This document shows positions 1 to 9,328 of a stretch of DNA of 64,000 bases, one piece after another (position 1 is the first letter of the stretch; each line of letters begins with the position of its first letter). The DNA comes from Magallana gigas (lineage: Eukaryota): contig NC_088856.1 in assembly GCF_963853765.1 (NCBI RefSeq), positions 6,758,001-6,822,000 of the forward strand, read 5' to 3'. The notes under the pieces are model-generated. The model did no database searches. It saw only the letters and a program-made list of their open reading frames with translations, and was not told where the DNA came from. A program made the translations under genes and the position numbers.

Positions 1-991
1 TCCATTTTCAGTCCTTTTTAATTGTTTTTGCTCATTTTTTCCCCCAATTTTTTTCTTTGGTAATACATGTGCTAAATTCTTATCTGAAGAAAAATGATAC
101 CTTTTAGCTACCTTTTAGAATTTTCTAATTTTACAAATATGTATTGACCAAAAAATATGTTTTAAAAAGTTTGGAAAAGTAAAAATTATAATAGTCCAGT
201 CATTCTAGCCAAAATATGACCAAACCTCAAACTAATTGCAACAGAATGTTCTTCTAGTTTTCCAAGCTGGTTTTGGTGAACTGTTGAATATAAAAAAAAT
301 CGAGAATGTTTGGATGAAGGGAAATTGTTAATTTTGGGTGAAAATCTTGGATTTTGATGAAAAATCGCCGAAAACTGGAAATTTGCCGTGACTAAAAAAC
401 AAAAATAGCAACGGACTAAATTTTTAAGAAAGTCAATAGATCGTATTACAGTTATGATTTATTTCAACGTTGATGAACTGCAAAGTTCAGGAAATTGAAA
501 ATTTTGGGTGAAAACTTTGGATTTTGATGAAAAATCGCCGAAAACTGGAAATTTGTTGTAACTAAAAAAAGAAAATAGCAACGTACATAATTTTTAATCA
601 AGCCAATAGATCTTATAACAATGATGAAAAACATTAAACTATGATGCTTTTTGAAGTATAGAAAGTGATAATTTTGGGTGAAAATGTTAGTATTTTTGAT
701 AAAAACTGGGAATTTATGTTTTCTTAATAAAGATTAAATTATATCATGAGTCTTCAAATTAATTTTATATATATGTTAAGTGTTTAGATGGATCAAATAA
801 GCACCAATTCGTAAATTCAATAGATCTTATAACAACAATAAAAAACGATTGACCGGAATGATACTTTTTTAAAAACCAAAATATTTACTTTATATGATAA
901 CAAAACCATGGAATTGTTTTACCGAAACCCCTTAATTATGCTTATTATGTTTTTGCGTATTCTACATAAATCTTTAGAAGTTGATTGTCAC

Positions 992-1778
992 TTAATCGTC
1001 CATGTCAACTGTTTTGCTCGAATTTGTACAACCAGTTCCTTTACATTCGCCACAAGCTACTGAACATTCAAGTCCGTTTTTTCTACAAGTACATCTTTTA
1101 GTGTCACAGTTTGTCTTACAATTGCATCGAATAATGTTCAGCAATTTAGAGGGAGCTGCGTCCATTGTACACTTAACTGAAACAAGGTTTCCTTTAGCGA
1201 CTTTCCAACCCCATTCACACGGAGTTAGATTGTCGTTGTTCATCCACATTTTCATTAGAAGATAAGCCCTCTGGCTATGAAATGAAGCTGCATTTAATGT
1301 TGGCGGCAAAGTATGAATTTGAACGCATGTTTTGTTTGTCAATACTCTTGCAGCAAACTTCCTGTAGCGAAGAACATTCAGTCCTTCATATTGAGCACCA
1401 TTATATTTAAAGAGGAAATAATGTTTTCACCAGCAGAAATAACATCATCCTTTGCGTTAGCATTGCACAGTAACTGTGCCTGAGTCTTGAGAAAGTCATA
1501 TTCTCCAAATTTCTTTAGGGTCGCTGCCTTACTGACACCGAACATTCTTGAAGTTGTGTCACAACCACTGATAGAATGAACAGATGAATTAAAGGTAACA
1601 ATGTACATAGCTCCTCACCAAGCAGCAATTTGGTCTTCAAAATATCCCATATTTTAATATGTGTGTTTACTTTTGACACATTGCCGGATTTGAATATCAG
1701 CGAATTTGATGTAACGTCCGCATGATGAAGGAGTAGTACCAAAAGATCAGTGTCCTCTCCAAGCAAAACAGTTGGTTT
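992..1778 (-). pseudogene. Inverted, frameshifted copy of the 3' part of the Academ nuclease/Cys8 ORF
   Basis: ORF-track fragments 1515-1781, 1378-1608 and 992-1342 translate to successive pieces of the 2049-2969 protein. They are broken by a net 8-bp insertion near 1580 and a 2-bp insertion near 1405. Confidence 0.85.
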
Positions 1779-1811
1779 CAAATTTCACCGAAAGAAAGTC
1801 CGCTTGAAAGT

Positions 1812-2969
1812 CTTGATGGCGGCTCTCTTCTCCATCGTATACACTGGCAAAGCGGACTTTCTTTCGGTGAAATTTGTCAAAGTTACATTGACAGCGTAGA
1901 ACGGAAATACAGTAAAGCTATAGTTGTATTTGATGGATATGCTTCGGGTCCAGATACTAAAGATGCCACTCACCAGCGGCGCACCAAAGGAATCATAGGC
2001 ACAAAAGTTTCATTCACAGATAGAACTCCTTTCAAATCTAAAAAAGACATGTTTCTAGCAAACATTGAGAATAAGCAAAACTGTATTAATCTCTTGAGTG
2101 CAAAGGTGGTAGAAAAGGGAATCAAAACAAAACACGTTGATGCCGATGCTGATGTATTGATAGCCCTTACTGCCATCGAATCGGCGAAAACAAAACCAAC
2201 TGTTTTGCTTGGAGAGGACACTGATCTTTTGGTACTACTCCTTCATCATGCGGACGTTACATCAAATTCGCTGATATTCAAATCCGGCAATGTGTCAAAA
2301 GTAAACACACATAATAATATATGGGATATTTTAAAGACCAAATTGGTGCGTGGTGAGGAGCTATGTACATTGTTACCTTTAATTCATGCTATCAGTGGTT
2401 GTGACACAACTTCAAGAATGTTCGGTGTCAGTAAGGCAGCGACCCTAAAGAAATTTGGAGAACATGACTTTCTCAAGACTCAGGCACAGTTACTGTGCAA
2501 TGCTAACGCAAAGGATGATGTTATTTCTGCTGGTGAAAACATTATTTCCTCTTTATATAATGGTGCTCCATATGAAGGACTGAATGTTCTTCGCTACAGG
2601 AAGTTTGCTGCAAGAGTATTGACAAACAAAACATGCGTTCAAATTCATACTTTGCCGCCAACATTAAATGCGGCTTCATTTCATAGCCAGAGGGCTTATC
2701 TTCTAATGAAAATATGGATGAACAAGGACAATCTAAATCCGTGTGAATGGGGTTGGAAAGTCGCTAACGGAAACCTTGTTCCAGTTAAGTGTACAATGGA
2801 CGCAGCTCCCTCTAAATTGCTGAACATTATTCGATGCAATTGTAAGACAAACTGTGACACTAAAAGATGTACTTGTAGAAAAAACGGACTTGAATGTTCA
2901 GTAGCTTGTGGCGAATGTAAAGTAACTGGTTGTACAAATTCGAGCAAAACAGTTGACTTGGACGATTAA
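1812..2969 (+). CDS. Academ C-terminal half: XPG/PIN-like nuclease plus Cys8 (CXC-like) zinc finger, 5'-truncated, no DDE transposase
   Basis: The frame is open upstream of the annotated Met at 2049 (LDGGSLLHRIHW...VVFDGY). It carries acidic motifs DADAD, GEDTD and HAISGCDTTS, and ends in CNCKTNCDTKRCTCRKNGLECSVACGEC. About 385 aa. Confidence 0.75.
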   Translation, partial: LDGGSLLHRIHWQSGLSFGEICQSYIDSVERKYSKAIVVFDGYASGPDTKDATHQRRTKGIIGTKVSFTDRTPFKSKKDMFLANIENKQNCINLLSAKVVEKGIKTKHVDADADVLIALTAIESAKTKPTVLLGEDTDLLVLLLHHADVTSNSLIFKSGNVSKVNTHNNIWDILKTKLVRGEELCTLLPLIHAISGCDTTSRMFGVSKAATLKKFGEHDFLKTQAQLLCNANAKDDVISAGENIISSLYNGAPYEGLNVLRYRKFAARVLTNKTCVQIHTLPPTLNAASFHSQRAYLLMKIWMNKDNLNPCEWGWKVANGNLVPVKCTMDAAPSKLLNIIRCNCKTNCDTKRCTCRKNGLECSVACGECKVTGCTNSSKTVDLDD

Positions 2970-3932
2970 GTGACAATCAACTTCTAAAGATTTATGTAGA
3001 ATACGCAAAAACATAATAAGCATAATTAAGGGGTTTCGGTAAAACAATTCCATGGTTTTGTTATCATATAAAGTAAATATTTTGGTTTTTAAAAAAGTAT
3101 CATTCCGGTCAATCGTTTTTTATTGTTGTTATAAGATCTATTGAATTTACGAATTGGTCCTTATTTGATCCATCTAAACACTTAACATATATATAAAATT
3201 AATTTGAAGACTCATGATATAATTACATTTTATTAAGAAAACATAAATTCCCAGTTTTTATCAAAAATACTAACATTTTCACCCAAAATTATCACTTTCT
3301 ATACTTCAAAAAGCATCATAGTTTAATGTTTTTCACCATTGTTATAAGATCTATTGGCTTGATTAAAAATTATGTACGTTGCTATTTTCTTTTTTTAGTT
3401 ACAACAAATTTCCAGTTTTCGGCGATTTTTCATCAAAATCCAAAGTTTTCACCCAAAATTTTCAATTTCCTGAACTTTGCAGTTCATCAACGTTGAAATA
3501 AATCATAACTGTAATAAGATCTATTGACTTTCTTTAAAATTTAGTCCGTTGCTATTTTTGTTTTTTAGTCACGTCAAATTTCCAGTTTTCGGCGATTTTT
3601 CATCAAAATCCAAGGTTTTCACCCAAAATTAACAATTTCCCTTCATCCAAACATTCTCTATTTTTTTTATGTTCAACAGTTCACCAAAACCAGCTTGGAA
3701 AACTAGAAGAACATTCTGTTGCACTTAGTTTGAGGTTTGGTCATATTTTGGCTAGAATGACTAATATTTGAAGTAAAATCTAGATTTTTTGGGGTCAAAA
3801 TTGACGACTTTCCCCTATTTCGATTTTTCTCGATTTTTGATATGTTTTTTATACGTTATATTTCTCACGAATTCCACAAAAAACATTTCTGTTGCAATTA
3901 GTTTGAGGTATAACCATAGAATGACTGGACTA

Positions 3933-4107
3933 TAAAGGTCCCAGAGGGATTCGTTGTCATGACTTACAGATTCGTAGTTGATGCTCCAACCCATTGGGCT
4001 ACACGTTTGGTAACAAATTTAGGAAAGAAAAAATTATAAAATCACACTCGATTTATTTCAACAGGAAGTACTTCACTACATGGACCGGTGTCCCATATAC
4101 CACGTTA
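3933..4107. mobile_element. Right part of a TTAA-type (Kolobok-like) non-autonomous element interrupted by the Academ insertion; the left part lies upstream of 192
   Basis: Joining about 165-191 to 3936 onward aligns contiguously with 33795-33985 (AAAAGTAAAAATTATAAAGGTCCCAGAGGGATTCG vs AAAGGTAAAAGTTACAAAAGCTCTAGTATGATTAA). It ends in GTGTCCCATATACCAC like that copy. Confidence 0.65.
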
Positions 4108-4404
4108 TGTAAATCATTTTGCCTACATTTTGGATTTAAACTTAATTTTAACTCCTGTTTGGGTTTTTTGTACCATTTTTCATTTGCTGGCCATTCAGTG
4201 TATGCCCTAAGCATACATTCTCTATTTCATCTACCTTTGGTCAGTGTCTGCTCAATGTGCTGAGTGATGGTTGGGAAAGTAGTATGTTTCAGGGACTGTA
4301 ATAACGCATACTTGTATCTATGCTGATTTCTTTTTTTTTAAATGAATTTTTAAATTGATTTAAGCTTCATTCAATGTTTTATGTGAACATTCCTTATTTA
4401 ACAG

Positions 4405-6401
4405 GAGGAAAATACTGTATCAAATGAAGATAAACCAAGGGAGATAATCAATGATAATGTCTGTGATGAATCCACTGAGTTACCTCCCCTACCTCAGAGG
4501 GAAAGGCCTGGTAAGAAATTGTAGACAGTGCTATTATCTTGAAAACTTAAAACACAGAGAGCTATTAATATCATATTTTCTGCACTTACCCCATGGAGTT
4601 GACATTACTACCATTATTTCACATATTTTGCAGTTTGCTCAGCTACCAAGAAATTTTGAGATGTTTTAATGAATTTTCATAGTTCTTAAGGTATTTGATC
4701 CATAATAGCCCCAGATTCATTGAATCTGGGATCATAACAGATATGTATGGACTTAATACTTAGTATACTTGGACATAATTTTTATATTTAAGTATCAGTA
4801 TATAACAGTGGAATATGTCCTAATTAATGACCTTTCCCTTTTTTGAAGAGTTGTCCCCCTTTGCTTTTATTCTATAAAAATTATTTCTAGAAAAATATAT
4901 TTGGTATAAAAAGTATTTTCATTAGGTTTTGTATTCCTAATGATAAAATGCATCTTTCCACCAAAGCATTCCATATGACCTTAACTTTTTTCTAATTTTG
5001 GATTAAAAATAGTCTGTTCAAAATGTTTCCATCAAGATTCATTTCCAGATACAAACTATAAAAGAAATATTTTTTCTTTCACAATATTTCACTGTACAGA
5101 GATGCATTTTGTTTTTGTTTTTTTTATAAACGTACTACATTTATTAGGTGGGGCATTCATATCTTACTGACATATTTCTAGTTTTTCATCTATGATGTTT
5201 TGTTCACAACAATTACAGTTGTATTTTATATTATTTTCCAGCAAATTTTAAATGTCTCACAGCTTTTGGTCACTCCAAATGGCCAATTAGAAATTTTGCG
5301 AAGTTAGACTTCAATGTTAACTCTGGCCATGGAGGCTGTGCTGGATTGCTCCTGGCGTCAGATTTCTACGGAGGGGCAGGGAAATGCTGCAACTCAAGGA
5401 TCTCCTTCCTCAGGTGTGGCTTTGACTGTAACCATTTCAGCCATGCTAATCTGAAGGACAGCAAAGGGGAGCACTTCAGCCCAGAACAGAAATATATTGT
5501 GGATGAGGAAGGGGGATTTCTGGGAGACCTGCAATTCGGAAGCAACCATGTGATGTTGCTGACCAACGATTCCAAGAACGGCAGGCTCGGTAATGGGTTT
5601 ATGGTGGAGGCTTCCGGGAACGAGACTGATCTGTGTGTCAATGTGAATGGGTCAGAAGGATCCAAAAATGGTGGGGGGACCACCTTAATCTTATGCAGTG
5701 GAACAGAGGAAAACAAGCCTGTAACAGCCATCTACATGATCAGCACTGGTGGGAAGGAGAATTATATGGCCAGTAGTTTAATGTCAGGAGGTGACAAGTG
5801 GAAGTTTGGGGTGACAGCTCGTAACACTGTAAGTGTGAGTGGTCCCGGTGACAGTCGCTATGCAGTGTACCACAACAGAGAAGAGCTTGTCTTACAAGAG
5901 CCAGGAATGAAGCAGTCAAACGTTCTGATGACCCAAGCTTGGGATGGAACAGAACCCACAGTACTGGCAGACAGTGTTCCCTCACATGGCTGCTTTGTTG
6001 TCCTCTGCTCCAACAGCTCTGGAGCTGACGATCATACTTGCGCTGCATTTTACCTTGTTTCTGTCGAAGCAGATGGCATTGCTTATAAGCTGGTGAGTAA
6101 ACTTCATGGAGAAGGCTACACCACGGGAGATTTGTGGAAGTTTGAGAAGTCTGGTAACACCATAGTTGTGACTGGTCCAAAAGGCCCCTGTCGCTATGTG
6201 GTTCTGTCTAACAATGAATACAAGGACCAGCAGTATATATTTCAGGACGTGTGTCTGGCCACTGGCTCACCTCAGCCAATCAGAGGACAGGTGGAAATCA
6301 CCATGCAAGGAGTACAGGGCATTGTGGAGGTAAAAGATCTTTTGTACCAAGATGATGTTTTTGTTGATGAAATACCTATGTTGGTTCATTTTCATGTCTA
6401 A
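4405..6401 (+). CDS. Uncharacterised protein with 2-3 internal repeats of about 75-85 aa (exons 4405-4510, 5242-6401; 5' end not found)
   Basis: Acceptor ACAG at 4404, open exon EENTVS...RERP, donor GTAAGA at 4511 (phase 1). Acceptor TTTTCCAG at 5241 is phase-compatible, and the frame is open from 5242 to TAA at 6401. No recognised domain. Confidence 0.7.
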
Positions 6402-6460
6402 ATGGTGTTACTGCAGAATCATTTAAGTTCATGGTGATCTATTTATTTGAAAGGTTTTTG

Positions 6461-6843
6461 GGGCGCCTGTAAAGTGCGAAACGAAATCGAAACGAAACGA
6501 AACGAAATCGAACGAAACGAAACGAAACCAATCGAAACGAAACGAACCGAAACGAAACGAAATCAAACGAAACGAAACCAAAAATCGAAACGAAACGAAA
6601 CGGAATTTAAACAAAACTAATATCAATTTTGACTACATAAAAGTGAAAATAAATTCATTGAAATAAATTTTTGAACCATAAAATATAACTACCTGTATGT
6701 TTCAGATTGCCGCTGTAAATTTTTAAGCCGATTATCTGAAATTTGCAAAAATTATATAATTATGTAAATAAGTGATGTACATTCCTCCACCTTTTAATGT
6801 TTCTAATCTGTTTCATTAAATGATAAAAATGATATTCAGACGT

Positions 6844-6909
<66 letters not shown>

Positions 6910-6969
6910 GCCTTAAAATTATCAGCGACATCACATAGCAAAGTATATACGCAAGTTTGGGGGAGAGAG

Positions 6970-7000
<31 letters not shown>

Positions 7001-8190
7001 TAGAGATATGATGATGATGATGGTGATACTGAATGGGGAAATTCTAACACCAATTCTCTTTCTATCGATTTGAAATATTGTTTAAATGAAACGATCGAAT
7101 ACAATGTGATTGAGAGCATACTGGTTGGTTACCAGTTTCGAACATATAATAAGAATTGTTTTAATATGTATAGCATGAATTTGGACGTCGTAATTTAACA
7201 AAATTAACGTGCAATATAAAGATGATTATACTGTAAAATATATAAGTATATAAAAAGGTAAATTCAGAAATGCGCTAAATAAAATCCATCCTACTTGTTG
7301 ATAAATTATATTCCGCCAAATATTGTACACCCTAGTTATAGTGCGTTTACATTATTTACGGAGATAATCCAACTACACGATTTTTTTTATATCGATATGA
7401 AATATTGTAAAAATGATTCAAATACATTGTGCGTGCGTGTGAAAGGGAGAGAAAGAGGGGATAATGTTTGATTTAAGGTAAAACACAGGTAAAAAAAAAA
7501 CCTCTTTATCTTGTACGTTAATTTTGTCAAATTACGACGCCCAAATTCATGCTATACATACTACAACAATTCTTATTATATGTTAGAAACTGGTAACCAA
7601 CCAGTATGCTCTCAATCACATTGTATTCGATCGTTTCATTTTTACAATTTTTCAAATCGATAGAAAGAAAATTGTTGTTAGAATGTCCCCTTCAGTATCA
7701 TCATCATATCTCTATCTCTCTCTTTCTTTCTCTCTCTCCCAAACTTGCATATATACTTTGCTAGTCTCTCTCTCTCTCTCTCTCTCTCACTCTCTCTCTC
7801 TCTAAACGTCTGAATATCATTTAATGAAACAAATTAGAAACATTAAAAGGTAGAGGAATGTACATTACTTATTTACATAATTATATAATTTTTTGCAAAT
7901 TTCGGATAATCGGCTTAAAAACTTACAGCGGCAATCTGAAACATACAGGTAGTTATATTTTATGGTTCAAAAATTTATTTCAATGAATTTATTTTCACTT
8001 TTATGTAGTCAAAATTGATATTAGTTTTGTTTAAATTCCGTTTCGTTTCGTTTCGATTTTTGGTTTCCTTTCGTTTGATTTCGTTTCGTTTCGGTTGGTT
8101 TCGTTTCGTTTCGATTGGTTTCGTTTCGTTTCGTTCGATTTCGTTTCGTTTCGTTTCGTTTCGATTTCGTTTCGCACTTTACAGGTGCCC
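6461..8190. mobile_element. Foldback/MULE-like non-autonomous DNA transposon with very long TIRs
   Basis: Perfect 9-bp TSD AGGTTTTTG (6452-6460, 8191-8199). Termini GGGCGCCTGTAAAGTGCG / CGCACTTTACAGGTGCCC. Arms 6461-7222 and 7503-8190 contain (CGAAA)n subterminal repeats and (GA)n tracts. Spacer about 280 bp. Confidence 0.85.
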
Positions 8191-8413
8191 AGGTTTTTGG
8201 CAATATTGTTTCATGGATTTGATGTTTGAATATTAGTAAATATAGGTCAAACTACATAATTTGATGAAGTAATTTTGTGGATCAATGATGCCAATAGAAT
8301 CCATGAAAATTGTGTCACCATGACTGTAGTTTATATCTCCAGACTCCTTCTGATTCTGTTTGGATGCCTTTATTGATACGAGTTACTAAAAAAAAATAGC
8401 AGACATCACAGAA

Positions 8414-8659
8414 ATGGCATTTTCCCATTTTCAGAAACCCAGCAAAGTTTCCATCCAGGTTGATGGAAAAGTTGTGAGAATATTTGAACCAGACGACTTG
8501 AAGAAAGTCAAAGATGGATTTGGATTCAAGCGGCTCTGGAAGTCAGGAGAACTCCATTGTGGGGCGAATTTGATCAAGGTCACCATTCTGGGGAAACATG
8601 TGACATGTAGGTACTCTGAGGTCAAACCAATAGAACTGGCAACTTTTAATTTTTATTAA
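8414..8659 (+). CDS. Candidate orphan terminal exon or coding remnant (81-aa ORF)
   Basis: Coding-like composition compared with the flanking AT-rich DNA, and a possible acceptor TTTTCAG at 8434. No recognised domain and no firmly linked upstream exon. Confidence 0.3.
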   Translation: MAFSHFQKPSKVSIQVDGKVVRIFEPDDLKKVKDGFGFKRLWKSGELHCGANLIKVTILGKHVTCRYSEVKPIELATFNFY

Positions 8660-9328
8660 CTTGATGACAGTAATAATGGAACTTAAAAGAGACTTATCTA
8701 TCAGAATTTTTTTTATAAATTAAATTATTCATAAGTATATATACATTTATATATTTTCAGTTAGAGTAACTTGGAACACATAAAAATGACTTTAATTATC
8801 CAATTAACCTTAGCTTTCTGTGTCTTGAGATGAATGCTATTCTAAGAAGTCTGAGCATATTTTCTTGTGTATTTAGATGAAATGCAACCCTTATTTGTTT
8901 TAATGAAAACTAATGAAAACAAATCTTATGAAAATTCTAAATTGAATTCTAAAGCAAAGAATCTACAATTGGAAAATAATACAATGTAATATATACATAG
9001 ACAAAATAATAGGTTTGTTGTTAAACAATATTTCAAAACATTGTTACAATGTACAACAAATACTGCTAATTATGTTCAATTGTAAAAGAGGTTATTTATA
9101 CGTCTGGAAAATTTACACTAGTAAAGCAGTAAGCTTAAATCTGCCTAAATACCCCATGCATATGGTAAAAAAATCAAATCTTTAGAGAGGTAAATCATGT
9201 ATCTGTGTTTTAACCAGGGTCATACAGCATGATTTTTTTTTACTCCAGAAAATGCGTACTTATCCACTAACATAAATAACCACTTTTACAGTAAATCTTG
9301 ATAATTAGATAAATTTGTTTCCCTGTAG

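Larger units (their letters stand above)
192..3932. mobile_element. Rearranged non-autonomous Academ (AcademX-type) DNA transposon, largely palindromic
   Basis: Termini TAGTCCAGTCATTCTA (192) and TAGAATGACTGGACTA (3932) are inverted copies, flanked by a 3-bp direct repeat TAA (189-191, 3933-3935). The internal ORF encodes an XPG/FEN-like nuclease plus a Cys-rich zinc finger, matching the known Academ architecture. 192-1778 is the reverse complement of 2193-3762. Confidence 0.8.

Noticed and set aside
192-3762. Palindrome as a pure assembly artefact
   Set aside because: The outer TSD, the contiguous empty-site match at about 33800, arm-specific indels and the templated junction scar favour a real structure. 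Long reads are still needed for proof.
4710-4730. 10-bp-arm palindrome CCCAGATTCA-T-TGAATCTGGG
   Set aside because: Short and isolated, with no TSD or second copy in the window.
6429-8236. ORFs such as MILVLFKFRFVSFRF..., RERERE... and ETKRNETK...
   Set aside because: Translations of (CGAAA)n and (GA)n tracts inside the Foldback TIRs.
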